DNA of 64,000 nucleotides from an uncultured Bdellovibrionales bacterium. Its GTDB lineage: Bacteria; Patescibacteriota; Minisyncoccia; Moranbacterales; UBA2206. How positions within the stretch are numbered: position 1 is the first letter of the stretch; each line of letters starts with the position of its first letter. Positions 38,222 to 48,305 of this stretch are shown piece by piece. The stretch is taken from NCBI GenBank assembly GCA_964538685.1, contig CAZIFD010000002.1, forward strand, positions 77,255 to 141,254. The letters run 5' to 3'. Below the pieces are notes generated by a model. It was not told the origin of the DNA and searched no databases. It was given only the letters and a program-made list of their open reading frames with translations. The position numbers were made by a program, and so were the translations under genes.

Positions 38222-39844
38222 ATGCAAAAGCTTAAGATAATTGTGGATAAGTTGTTAGAAAAAAAAATCAGCCTCTTGGAATGGGTGGCTGTGTTTGCTT
38301 TTTCAATAGCCATTCGGATGTTCGTGGAGTTTTTTGTGGCAATTAATTATTCGCTAGATCCATTGGAAAATTTGATTGAGTATTTGCATAATTTCTTTTT
38401 CTTTTTACTTTCTTTTTTGTCTATCTGGCTCATTCTTGCTTGGCTTATCAAAGAAAATCCCGAGAAATTAGCTTTTCTTTTGGCTTGGGGATCTCTTTTG
38501 GTAATTTTTCCGCCAGTTTTAGATATGCTTAAAACCGGGGGAGAGGTTTATTGGAGTTTCTATTCTTTGGGAAGCTTCAAGGAATTAGGGCTTCAATTAA
38601 TTACTTTTTTTGGACACCTTCCTGCCGGAATCGTTTATTTTGGCAGTAAAATTATGTTTGCAATAGCTATTTTAAGCGCCTTTGTTTTGGTTTTAGGAAA
38701 AACCGGAAAATGGATAAAGGCTATTTTGGGCGCTTTTTTGACCTATGTTATTTTTTTCTTAATGGGAACTTTTCCTTCTTGGTTGACTCTTCTTTATAAA
38801 TTGATTCAGGGGAAAAATATTTTTGAAGTGAAAAGTTTTGAAACGGCCCAATTTTTGAGTCCTTTTTATCCTATATTTGGAATAAAATTTAGAAATTTTC
38901 AGTATTCATTGCCGTATAATCTTGATTTAGTTTATTTTCCTTTGCTGATTGTAGTGATAGTTATTTTTTTCCTGATTTATAATAAAAATAAATTCGTAGC
39001 AGTTCTTAAAAATTTTCGTTATCCTCAAACAATTTATTTAAGCGGTTTATTTTTTATTGGAATGGGTTTGGGATTTTTGGCTTATCCGGAAAATTTGAAT
39101 ATTAATTTGTTTTCAATTTTGGCGACCGCTTCTCTTCTTATTTCTGTTTGGCTGGCTTGGAAAGCTTCGGTAGTGGTGAATGATATATATGACTTTTCAA
39201 TTGATTCCATTTCCAATCCAAGTCGTCCGCTTCAGAGTAAAATTTTCACCATTCGGGAATACTGGCAATTGGGAATTTTGTTTTTTTTGCTTTCAATTTT
39301 AGGTGGCTTGGTGGTTGGAACAAAATTTGCTGTAATTTTATTGATTTTTCAGATAATTTCTTGGTTTTATTCCGCTCCCCCGTTTCGCCTCAAACAATTT
39401 CCGCTGGTGGCTACATTAGTCAGTGCCTTGGCTTCAATTTTGTTCTTATTTTTGGGTTTTTCTCTTTTTTCCGGTGAAAACAATTTGACCGGACTTTCTG
39501 CAAGAATTATTTTTTTGCTCGTTTTTTCCTATACTTTATGTCTCCCAATCAAAGATTTCAAGGATATTTCTGGAGACAAAAAAGACAATATTTGGACTGT
39601 TCCGGTTATTTTCGGTGAAGAAAAAGGTCGCTTAATTGTTGGAATTAATTTCTTTATTTCTTATATAGCAAGCGTTTTTCTTCTAAATGAAAATCGTTTG
39701 TTTTTTTGGGCTTTGATTTTTGGAGGAGCTTCTTTTTGGGTTATTAACAATAAAAAAATAAAGCCTTATCGGCTTTTGTGGTGGAATCTATTTTTGGTGC
39801 TTTTTTATGGACTTATTTTGGTGAAAACAGTTTTTTTTGTTTGA
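38222..39844 (+). CDS. UbiA-family prenyltransferase domain fused to N-terminal about 300-aa polytopic membrane domain
   Basis: Asp-rich motif 1 NDIYDFSIDS and motif 2 KDFKDISGDKKDN in the C-terminal half; at least 14 predicted TM. Confidence 0.55.
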   Translation: MQKLKIIVDKLLEKKISLLEWVAVFAFSIAIRMFVEFFVAINYSLDPLENLIEYLHNFFFFLLSFLSIWLILAWLIKENPEKLAFLLAWGSLLVIFPPVLDMLKTGGEVYWSFYSLGSFKELGLQLITFFGHLPAGIVYFGSKIMFAIAILSAFVLVLGKTGKWIKAILGAFLTYVIFFLMGTFPSWLTLLYKLIQGKNIFEVKSFETAQFLSPFYPIFGIKFRNFQYSLPYNLDLVYFPLLIVVIVIFFLIYNKNKFVAVLKNFRYPQTIYLSGLFFIGMGLGFLAYPENLNINLFSILATASLLISVWLAWKASVVVNDIYDFSIDSISNPSRPLQSKIFTIREYWQLGILFFLLSILGGLVVGTKFAVILLIFQIISWFYSAPPFRLKQFPLVATLVSALASILFLFLGFSLFSGENNLTGLSARIIFLLVFSYTLCLPIKDFKDISGDKKDNIWTVPVIFGEEKGRLIVGINFFISYIASVFLLNENRLFFWALIFGGASFWVINNKKIKPYRLLWWNLFLVLFYGLILVKTVFFV

Positions 39845-39849
39845 AAAAG

Positions 39850-40650
39850 TTATTTGGCAATTTCAATAATTTTTGCCAATTTTTTCCAGTCTTCAATTGA
39901 AAGCTCCTGAGCACGGGTATTTTCCGAGAAACCGATCTTTTTTAGTTTTTTTAAAACGAATTCTTTTTCCAAATGAAGTCCGTTGAAAAGATTATTAAGC
40001 AAGGTTTTTCTTTTTCCTGAAAAGCCGATTTTAGCAATTCTAAAAAAATTTAAAGAAAATTCTTTTAATTCTGGTTTTATTTCGGGTATTATTTGAATCA
40101 CAGCACTGTCTACTTTTGGAATCGGAGAAAAACAATTCTTGGGAACAGAAAAAAGTATTTCCGCTTTCGCATAATATTGAACTGAGGTTGACAAAAGGCT
40201 CATTTTTCCCGGTTTGGCAACAATTCTTTCTGCCACTTCTTTTTGAATCATCAGAATCATTTTTTGAGGCGGATTGGAATTTTCCAAGAAAAAGCGAATT
40301 ATTTTGGAGGTTATATAGTAGGGAATATTAGAGACTAGCTTATAGCTTTCCAATTTTCCACTTTGGTTGTTTTTTAGCAACAAATCCTCAAGATTAATTT
40401 TTAGAATATCCCCTTCAATCAGACTGATATTCTTTTTTTCTTTAAATTTTTTTCTGAGATCGGAAACTAATTTTCCGTCAATTTCAACCGCAATAACCTT
40501 TTTGGCTAATTTGAGTAATTCCTCAGTTAAAATTCCCCGGCCCGGACCCACTTCCAAGACAACAGTAGCCGATTCTAAACTGGAAAAAGCGATAATTTTT
40601 TTAATTATCTCTTTGTTAATCAAAAAATTTTGACCTAGTTTTTCGGGCAT
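39850..40650 (-). CDS. rsmA: 16S rRNA (adenine1518/1519-N6)-dimethyltransferase
   Basis: GQNFLINKEIIKKI...LEVGPGRGILTEEL. Confidence 0.9.
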   Translation of the reverse strand: MPEKLGQNFLINKEIIKKIIAFSSLESATVVLEVGPGRGILTEELLKLAKKVIAVEIDGKLVSDLRKKFKEKKNISLIEGDILKINLEDLLLKNNQSGKLESYKLVSNIPYYITSKIIRFFLENSNPPQKMILMIQKEVAERIVAKPGKMSLLSTSVQYYAKAEILFSVPKNCFSPIPKVDSAVIQIIPEIKPELKEFSLNFFRIAKIGFSGKRKTLLNNLFNGLHLEKEFVLKKLKKIGFSENTRAQELSIEDWKKLAKIIEIAK

Positions 40651-41607
40651 TTAGTTGAGTATTTCTTCTACTTTAACATTGATTACTCCTGTTCCCAAGT
40701 CGGCAATTTTAGCAAAAGCTTTTTTGTCCAAATCAATTATTCTGCCATCGCCAAACGGTCCGCGGTCATTTATTTCCACAATTACCGATTTCCCATTGCT
40801 TTGATTAGTTACCTTAGCATAACTTCCCATAGGAAGCCAAGGACTGGCCGCATAAAGTCCTCCTTGGAAAGAATACCAAGTGCCTTGTCCTTTGTGGCTG
40901 TCTCCTAGTTTTATAAAAGTTCCTTCTATGACAATTTCATTTTGAGGTTCCTGAACTATTTTTTGGGACAATATTTTTCGGGAAATTTCTTTTCCATCTT
41001 GATAAGTTATTTTGTAAATTATTTCTTTATTGCCTTTTTCTCCTTTTTGCTGGGTTTTTTTCTCTCTCCATCCCAAGGCAGAATCTTTTTTGACAATGGT
41101 TTTGAAATCAATTTTTTCAATAATGGTTTTTTCTTCTTCATTAATTCTGGTAACAATGATATTAAGTCCTTCGTTTGGAGGAGTGGTTTTTTCTGGTTGA
41201 GTTTGGTCAAGCGAACTAAGAATAACACCATTTTCTTGAAGAATTGTCCGAATATCTTTAGCTCGGGTCCAGTTTTCAATAATTTTTCCGTCCACTTTTA
41301 TTTTTATATTAAAAGAGCGTTTAATTTCAATGTTTATTCCTGAATAAAGTGGAGTTTCTTTTTCTGGCAACAATAAATCATTTTCCTTTATTGGGATATT
41401 ATTTTTTTCAATAAATTCTCCAACAGTATTGCTTTGGGTGAAAATTTTGTTTTCCAATCCGCCATCAATCAAGGTTATGATTTTTATTTTATTTTGAAAG
41501 TTTAAATTTTCGGTTTTATTTTTTCCGAAAAACCAACAAAATAACAGTGCCAAAAAAAGGACTGCAATTCCTCCTAGAAGCGTCTTTTTTAGAAATAAAT
41601 TTTTCAA
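40651..41607 (-). CDS. DUF348/G5 domain protein with C-terminal RlpA-like double-psi beta-barrel (lytic transglycosylase-like)
   Basis: C-terminus GTWYSFQGG...LPMGSYAKVTNQSNGKSVIVEINDRGPFGDGRIIDLDKKAF matches RlpA/3D. G5-like segment upstream. N-terminal TM. Confidence 0.65.
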   Translation of the reverse strand: MKNLFLKKTLLGGIAVLFLALLFCWFFGKNKTENLNFQNKIKIITLIDGGLENKIFTQSNTVGEFIEKNNIPIKENDLLLPEKETPLYSGINIEIKRSFNIKIKVDGKIIENWTRAKDIRTILQENGVILSSLDQTQPEKTTPPNEGLNIIVTRINEEEKTIIEKIDFKTIVKKDSALGWREKKTQQKGEKGNKEIIYKITYQDGKEISRKILSQKIVQEPQNEIVIEGTFIKLGDSHKGQGTWYSFQGGLYAASPWLPMGSYAKVTNQSNGKSVIVEINDRGPFGDGRIIDLDKKAFAKIADLGTGVINVKVEEILN

Positions 41608-41621
41608 AACAAAAGTATTAA

Positions 41622-43151
41622 TTATTCAGATTGAAAACGATATTGCAAACTTTCGGCAATGTGAGTCGGCTTAATGGAAGACGCTCCTTCCAAGTCGGCA
41701 ATAGTTCTGGAAACTTTAATTATGCGATAATATGAGCGGGCGCTTAATCGCAAAGAGGCAACCGCTTGTTTCATCAATTCTAAACATTCTTGGTCAAGAA
41801 GGCAATGCTGGCGAATTTCTTGACTGTTCATTTCGCTGTTAGTGACGGTTGAACTGAATTTAAATCTTTGGGTTTGAATGTTTCGGGCTTTTTCCACCCT
41901 TTTTCTAATAATAGCAGATGTTTCACTGCTTTGGTCTTCACTGGAAAGTTTTTCAAATTTAACCCGAGGAACTTCAATATGCAAATCAATTCTATCAAGA
42001 ATCGGTCCGGAAATCCGTCTTTGGTATTTGATTATTTGAGCTGGAGAGCAAGAGCAATTTTTTTCCGGATCAGTGTAATTGCCACACGGACAAGGATTCA
42101 TAGCGGCAATGAGAGTGAATTGAGCGGGAAATTTTAAGGTTCCTTGGGCGCGGGAAATAGTAATAACTCCGTCTTCTAGTGGTTGGCGAAGATTTTCCAG
42201 AACCAATCGGGAAAATTCGGGAAATTCGTCCAAAAAAAGAATTCCCCTATGCGCCAAACTTATTTCTCCCGGACGAGGATAAGTCCCTCCTCCAACCAGA
42301 GAGGTGGCGCTAGCGCTGTGATGAGGAGAACGAAATTGCCTTTGGTGAATGAGTGGTGTGTTGGGAGGCAAAATTCCGGCTACGGAAAATATTTTAGTTA
42401 TTTCCAATGATTCCGCTAGTGTTAGGCGAGGCAAAATAGAAGAGCAAGTTTTAGCGAGTAGGGTTTTGCCTGAGCCGGGTGGACCGTTTAGAAGGAGATT
42501 GTGTCCGCCGGCAGCTGCGATTTCCAACGCTCGTTTAGCTTGTTCTTGACCTTTAATAAAAGCCATATCCAATGGAAATTCTTCGTTTTGAAAAAGAGTT
42601 TCCAAATCTGCTTTTTCCATTGGTTCTAAAAGCTTTTTCCCTTGAAGGTGGTTAATGACGCTCGGCAAATTTTTAACCGGAAAAACAGTTATTTCTTCAA
42701 TTACTGAAGCTTCCAAAGCATTTTCCGCTGGAACAAAAAGCTCTTGAATTCCTAATTTTTTGGCAGCAATGGCAATAGGAAGAATGCCTTTAACAGGTCT
42801 AACTTCTCCATTTAAAGAAAGTTCTCCTAAAAAAAGTTTATTTTTAAAATCAAAACTGATCTGATTGGTGGCCAAAAGAAAGCCTAAAGCAATCGGAAGA
42901 TCATAAATCGGACCTTCTTTTTTCAGGTCGGCCGGAGCCAGATTGACAGTTATTCGTCCACACTGATGAGGTGGTTTCAGGTAATTATTTTTAATAGCGG
43001 CACTTACTCGGTCGCGAGATTCCTTAATAGCAGTGTCCGGCAATCCGACAATATTGAACTGATGGAGTCCGGCTAAAACCGTATCCACTTCCACTTCAAC
43101 CAAAGCGCTTTCCAATCCGACGGTGGCAGCTGAAAGAACTTTTTTAGACAT
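41622..43151 (-). CDS. comM: YifB/ComM Mg-chelatase-like AAA+ ATPase
   Basis: N-terminal Lon-like domain; LLLNGPPGSGKT Walker A; ChlI-type C-terminus. Confidence 0.85.
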   Translation of the reverse strand: MSKKVLSAATVGLESALVEVEVDTVLAGLHQFNIVGLPDTAIKESRDRVSAAIKNNYLKPPHQCGRITVNLAPADLKKEGPIYDLPIALGFLLATNQISFDFKNKLFLGELSLNGEVRPVKGILPIAIAAKKLGIQELFVPAENALEASVIEEITVFPVKNLPSVINHLQGKKLLEPMEKADLETLFQNEEFPLDMAFIKGQEQAKRALEIAAAGGHNLLLNGPPGSGKTLLAKTCSSILPRLTLAESLEITKIFSVAGILPPNTPLIHQRQFRSPHHSASATSLVGGGTYPRPGEISLAHRGILFLDEFPEFSRLVLENLRQPLEDGVITISRAQGTLKFPAQFTLIAAMNPCPCGNYTDPEKNCSCSPAQIIKYQRRISGPILDRIDLHIEVPRVKFEKLSSEDQSSETSAIIRKRVEKARNIQTQRFKFSSTVTNSEMNSQEIRQHCLLDQECLELMKQAVASLRLSARSYYRIIKVSRTIADLEGASSIKPTHIAESLQYRFQSE

Positions 43152-43551
43152 TTTTACCCTCCTTTAATATTTTTAATAATAAAATTATAGCACTTATAAA
43201 AATAAATACATCAGCTAAATTAAAAATCGGCCAAATTTTCATATCAATAAAGTCAATGACGCAACCAAAAATTATTCTATCAATCAAATTGGAAGCTCCA
43301 CTTGCAATGATAATAACAAATAGCATCGGAAGATCAAGGAAAACCTCTCGTATTTTATTTCTTTGCCAAAAAAGAAAAGCAACTCCTATCAAAAGAAGAA
43401 AATAAAGAAAAATTCCGCTTATTCCAAAAGCAATTCCCTGATTGCAGATATAAAATCCGCCTTGGTGGCGGATAATATACTTACTTCCTTGATCAATGGC
43501 AATCAAAAGAATAAAAAGGAAAAAATAAGTTTTTTTAAAAAAAATCATCAA
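43144..43551 (-). CDS. lspA: Lipoprotein signal peptidase II
   Basis: NQGIAFGI, ASGASNLIDRIIFGCVIDFID, FNLADVFI motifs. Confidence 0.85.
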   Translation of the reverse strand: MMIFFKKTYFFLFILLIAIDQGSKYIIRHQGGFYICNQGIAFGISGIFLYFLLLIGVAFLFWQRNKIREVFLDLPMLFVIIIASGASNLIDRIIFGCVIDFIDMKIWPIFNLADVFIFISAIILLLKILKEGKNV

Positions 43552-43557
43552 AAATGA

Positions 43558-43914
43558 TTAAGAACATTTTAGGCAAGTTCTGGCTGAAGGATTGGCGCGA
43601 AGTCTCTCAATATCAATTTCTTCTTGGCAATTTTGGCAAATTCCATAAGTTCCATTTTCTATTTCTGAGAGAGCAGCTAAAACATCTTGCAGTTTTTTTT
43701 CTAAAGTCTCTTCCACAGCCAAATTTTCACTATATTGTTCAACTTCAGTAGCGTTTTCATCTTCATCTTCTCCAATCTGGCTAAAGGCTGTTTCATAATC
43801 CCCTTTTGCTTTGTCAACAGGTTTAGCGATGCGATTCAGATCTGATTCTAGTCCTGATTTTTCTTTTAACAAAGCTTGTTTTAGCTCTTCCAATATTTGC
43901 GGTTCAATAGACAT
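43558..43914 (-). CDS. DksA/TraR-family C4 zinc-finger protein
   Basis: C-terminal CQNCQEEID...RTCLKCS; coiled-coil N-terminus. Confidence 0.7.
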   Translation of the reverse strand: MSIEPQILEELKQALLKEKSGLESDLNRIAKPVDKAKGDYETAFSQIGEDEDENATEVEQYSENLAVEETLEKKLQDVLAALSEIENGTYGICQNCQEEIDIERLRANPSARTCLKCS

Positions 43915-43975
43915 ATTTTTATTTAATTTATTCTTATATAACCGTTTTTATTGTAGCAAAAAAATATAGTTTGGT

Positions 43976-44359
43976 CTAGAGAAAAATGTTTTTCAGGTGT
44001 CTTATTTTGGCTTTTTTGGAATGAAAGTCAATTGCAATTGAAATGGCATCAAAACGGAATGGCTTGTTTCTAAGATTATGTTTAAACAAATAACTTTGAG
44101 CAATTTTATTAAGCCTTTTTAGCTTTGAATAGGTTATATTTTCTTCCGGAAGACAAAATTCATTATTTTTGATTGATTTAGTTTTAACTTCCACAAAAAC
44201 AATTGTATCAGCTTTTTTATCAAAAGCGATAATATCCAGTTCGCCCAGTCTTTTTCCGGTAATGTTTTGATAATTCCTTTCCCGGATATTGTAGTTTTTG
44301 TTTTTAAGATATTGGCAAGCCAGATTTTCTCCCAAATTGCCTATTTTTTTTCTTTCCAT
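43976..44359 (-). CDS. yraN: YraN-family (UPF0102) endonuclease-fold protein
   Basis: GNLGENLACQYLKNKNY...LDIIAFDKKADTIVFVEVKTK. Confidence 0.8.
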   Translation of the reverse strand: MERKKIGNLGENLACQYLKNKNYNIRERNYQNITGKRLGELDIIAFDKKADTIVFVEVKTKSIKNNEFCLPEENITYSKLKRLNKIAQSYLFKHNLRNKPFRFDAISIAIDFHSKKAKIRHLKNIFL

Positions 44360-45061
44360 TTCCTAATTATAAAGCAAAAATTTTTGGAAAACAAAAAAAC
44401 ACCTGCGAACAGTGGTGCTTCCTTTATTTTTTACCCGATAACTTTTTGGAATGGTTACCGGGCCGACTAGGCCTCAAAATAATAATTTAATAGGCAGACG
44501 GCCCGATTTTTTGACATGTATTAACATTAAAACCGGAGATTTTTGTCTGGGTGAAGACAAAAATCATAAGTTTAATGCATTTTATATACATGACCTTAAT
44601 ATTTCTGGCAAAATATTTTCTTTTCTACCGCTCTCTGGCACAATGGCCTTTGGTTTTGAAAGAGCATTTGTTTTTTTATTTTTGTTTTTGATAAAACATT
44701 TTTATTTTTGTTTTGTGGTCCTCCCTGACCAGTTTTTTTTGTATATTTTTAAAAACAGGGAGGCGGTCCGATTCGTTGATCAGACACTTGAGCAGCAGAA
44801 TGTTTTCAACCGTAAATAGGGGGAAATTACGATTGAAAACATTCTACCGCTCAAAGCAAGATAAGTTTTTAATGTTCATAGAAGCATTATAGCAGAAAAA
44901 AAAGCAAAAGTCAATCAGTCAAAAAAATAAAACCTAAAATAAAGAAAAAATAATTATTGACAGCGTTTAGTTTGCTAAAAGCTTTATTTTTTATTTATCT
45001 TTTTTAAAAAAGAAAATCTCTTTTTTATTTTTTTGAGAGCAAGAAACAACTTATCCACAGT

Positions 45062-46114
45062 TTATTGAATTTTTGGAATAAGAGAATCTTCCAGAAAATC
45101 AATCAAATCCAAGGCAGTTTGTTTGGAAGTGGCAAAAATCAGTTTATTATTAGTGACAATGTAATCAAGCGCTAAGCTTCCCCCCTCTTTCAGATTAAGG
45201 TAATTTATGTTGAAAGTATTTTTGTAAACATTGGAAGAAAATTCCGATCCTGAGAAAGCTTCTACTTTTGTATCCCAAAACAAACTCTCCAGACTAGAGA
45301 TTAATTTTTTTTGTTCTTGTTTTAGGGCGGTTTCCAATTTAATTTGATCGGTTACATTAAAAACTAAAGCCAACCCATTTTGATCCATAAATATTGATAT
45401 GCCCGAGGATAGATTTGAAAGAATAGTTGTAGGCAGGGAAAGGCTTAATTTGGCTTGAAAATCATCAATGGAAAGCGGAGTAAAATTTTCGTCAGTAGGA
45501 ATAAATTCTATTGGTTTCTCTGATTTGATGTCAATTACTTCAGTGAATTTATTTTTTAGAGCCGTTTGAGCTTCTAAAACAGAAGGATTGGCAGAATTTA
45601 TGATCAAAAAGTTCGGTTTGTCAGGATTAATTCCGTTCGTAGTAGTTTCTTTAAGGGTTTTGTCTTCATTTAAGGCTGGAACATCATCCGGTTTATTCAC
45701 AATGGTGGCGGTTTCGTTCTCAGTTGAATTTCTAGTGGCTAAAAAATAATAACCGGAAAATCCTGAAACTATGAGAATAAAAACTATAATAGCAATGATA
45801 GACATTTTGCTGAAGTTTAGGGGGTGGTTTTCTGTTTCCGGAGATTCATTTTTTTCTGTTTCTGTTATTTTTGGATCGCCGGAAAGATTATTTCCGGTGT
45901 TTAAGAAAGGGCTGGTTTTTTGTTTTTCTGTCATCTGAGGCTTTTGATTTGGAGAAAAAGTTTCTTGAGCCATTTTTCTTTCCGGCACAAAGTCATTTGG
46001 TAGATTTGGATTTTCAAGATCGCTTTCCATAGTTCTAATAGGAAGATCATTGACATTAATAACCTCATTTTGGGATTTTATTTGTCCGAAACTTTTGTTT
46101 TGTTCATCAAACAT
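45062..46114 (-). CDS. Hypothetical membrane-anchored protein
   Basis: 350 aa, single TM about residue 105; no motif recognised. Confidence 0.3.
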   Translation of the reverse strand: MFDEQNKSFGQIKSQNEVINVNDLPIRTMESDLENPNLPNDFVPERKMAQETFSPNQKPQMTEKQKTSPFLNTGNNLSGDPKITETEKNESPETENHPLNFSKMSIIAIIVFILIVSGFSGYYFLATRNSTENETATIVNKPDDVPALNEDKTLKETTTNGINPDKPNFLIINSANPSVLEAQTALKNKFTEVIDIKSEKPIEFIPTDENFTPLSIDDFQAKLSLSLPTTILSNLSSGISIFMDQNGLALVFNVTDQIKLETALKQEQKKLISSLESLFWDTKVEAFSGSEFSSNVYKNTFNINYLNLKEGGSLALDYIVTNNKLIFATSKQTALDLIDFLEDSLIPKIQ

Positions 46115-46138
46115 TTTTTTATTTTTTTTAAATTAAAT

Positions 46139-46166
46139 AAAGGCAACCTGAGTTGCCTTTATTTTA
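46139..46166 (-). terminator. pnp terminator hairpin
   Basis: AAAGGCAAC-CTGA-GTTGCCTTT perfect 9-bp stem flanked by T/A-rich runs. Confidence 0.6.
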
Positions 46167-46196
46167 GAACAAATAATAAAATTTGGCTAGAGTGAT

Positions 46197-48305
46197 TTAT
46201 TGTTTAATTTCTCTGGTGGCTAGCTTGGCGGAAAGATTAATTCTCCCCTGGGAGTCAATTTCTTTTACTTTGACTGGAACAATATCTCCTACATTAAGAA
46301 CATCTTCCACTTTCTCCACTCTTTTATCCGAAATTTCAGAAATATGAATCAATCCCTCTTGCCCCGGAAGAATTTCTGCAAAAGCGCCAAAGGCCATTAT
46401 TTTAACCACTCTAGCATTGAATATTTCCCCGGCTTTTACTTCGTGGGTCAAATTTTCAATCCATTTTTGAGCTTTTTGAGCGCTGGATTCGTCGGGTGAA
46501 GTGATGAAAACTGAACCATTGTCTTCAATATCAATTTGGACTCCGGTTTCATCAATTATTTCGTTGATTATTTTTCCTCCGGTTCCAATAACATTTCTTA
46601 TTTTTTCCGGATTTATTTTTATGGTGATTATTCTTGGAGCAAAAGGCGACATTGCTCCCGGTTCGGAAATAGTCTTAGTTATTTTTTCCAGAATTTCCAT
46701 TCGGTTTCCTCGTGATTGGTTTAGTATTGCTTCCATCATAGGCAAAGTAATACCGTCAACCTTAACATCCATTTGAAGAGCCGTAATTCCATTTTCAGTT
46801 CCGGCTACTTTGAAATCCATATCTCCAAAGTGATCTTCTAATCCCTGAATGTCGGTTAAAACTTTAAAATTTCCATCTTGACCGACAATAATTCCCATTG
46901 CAATTCCGCTTACGGGTCTTTTGATGGGTACTCCGGCATTCATCAAAGAAAGCGTTGAGCCACAAGTGGAAGCCATTGAAGATGAACCATTAGAAGAAAG
47001 AACCTCGCTTACCACTAAAATGGTGTAAGGAAATTCTTCTTTGGAAGGAAGAACCGGAATAAGAGCTTTTTCCGCCAGCGCGCCATGACCGACCTCTCTT
47101 CTTCCCGGTCCACGCATTGGACGCACTTCCCCAACACTATAAGGAGGGAAGTTGTAATGATGAATGTATCTTTTCTTCATATCAACTTCCATCGTGTCAA
47201 TTATTTGTTCATCTCCGGGTGATCCCAAGGTGGTAACAGTAAGAGCCTGAGTTTCTCCTCGGGTAAAAAGTCCGGTTCCATGGGTTCTGGGTAAAATACC
47301 TACTTGGCAAGAAATAGGGCGAATTTCGTTAAGCTTTCGTCCGTCCGGTCGCAATTCTTTGTTGAGAATATTTTGGTGAACAATTTCGTCCGATACTTCT
47401 TCAAAAATTTGCTCGGCCACCTCATTGAGTTCAGTGGCTCTTTCAGAGTAATTTTCTTTGAGAAAATCTTTAACTTTAGTTTTAATTTCATCAATTCTTC
47501 CTTCAATAACTTGCTTGTTTTTGTCGTAAAGGATTTCAGCGACATTTTCTTTCAAAAGAATAGCTTTAATTTCGTCTTCAATTTCTTTTTCTGCTTGAAG
47601 CAAGATTGGCTGAGTTTTTTCTTTGCCAATTTCTTTCTGAATATTTTCCAAAAATTCGGCAATTTTGGCCGTAGCTTCATAGCCGAACTTGAAAGCTTCT
47701 AAAATTTCTGTTTCTGGAACCTCTTTGGCTCCAGCTTCAATCATATTGATTTTGTCCTTGGTCCCGGAAAGGGTAAGATCTAAATCTCCTTCTTCCAATT
47801 CTCCATTAACGGGGTTTAGAATTAACTTTCCGTTTACTCGTCCTATGCGTACTGCTGCAACCGGACCATTCCAAGGAATATCAGAAATAGAAAGAGCCGC
47901 ACTGGCAGCGATAATGGCTACGATATCCGGATCATTTTCGTTGTCAATTGAAAGAACAGTGGTAATTACTTGAACTTCATTTCGCATTCTGGCATTGAAA
48001 AGCGGACGAATAGTTCTGTCAACAGCTCGTCCGGAAAGAACTGCTTCATCGGAAGGGCGTCCTTCTCTTTTGACAAAACGAGAACCTTTAATTTTTCCAG
48101 CGGCATAATAGCGTTCCTCATAATCAACCATTAAGGGGAAATATCCCCGGGCATTTCCTGTTCCCTTGCTCATTGTGGCAGTCGCCAAAACCACCGTGTC
48201 GCCATAGCGAACAGTTACTGATCCATTGGCTTGTCCGGCTAAGAGTCCGGTTTCTACCTCAAGAATCCTCCCTCCGATTTGAAGAGACCATTTCTTTTGT
48301 TCCAT
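46197..48305 (-). CDS. pnp: Polynucleotide phosphorylase
   Basis: Two RNase PH domains, KH and S1. Start placed at the MEQKKW ATG; the ORF-track start at 48323 is a TTG. Confidence 0.95.
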   Translation of the reverse strand: MEQKKWSLQIGGRILEVETGLLAGQANGSVTVRYGDTVVLATATMSKGTGNARGYFPLMVDYEERYYAAGKIKGSRFVKREGRPSDEAVLSGRAVDRTIRPLFNARMRNEVQVITTVLSIDNENDPDIVAIIAASAALSISDIPWNGPVAAVRIGRVNGKLILNPVNGELEEGDLDLTLSGTKDKINMIEAGAKEVPETEILEAFKFGYEATAKIAEFLENIQKEIGKEKTQPILLQAEKEIEDEIKAILLKENVAEILYDKNKQVIEGRIDEIKTKVKDFLKENYSERATELNEVAEQIFEEVSDEIVHQNILNKELRPDGRKLNEIRPISCQVGILPRTHGTGLFTRGETQALTVTTLGSPGDEQIIDTMEVDMKKRYIHHYNFPPYSVGEVRPMRGPGRREVGHGALAEKALIPVLPSKEEFPYTILVVSEVLSSNGSSSMASTCGSTLSLMNAGVPIKRPVSGIAMGIIVGQDGNFKVLTDIQGLEDHFGDMDFKVAGTENGITALQMDVKVDGITLPMMEAILNQSRGNRMEILEKITKTISEPGAMSPFAPRIITIKINPEKIRNVIGTGGKIINEIIDETGVQIDIEDNGSVFITSPDESSAQKAQKWIENLTHEVKAGEIFNARVVKIMAFGAFAEILPGQEGLIHISEISDKRVEKVEDVLNVGDIVPVKVKEIDSQGRINLSAKLATREIKQ

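Noticed and set aside
44451-44819. 122-aa plus-strand ORF in the long intergenic region
   Set aside because: The implausible amino-acid composition overlaps strong RNA hairpins, so it is treated as non-coding.
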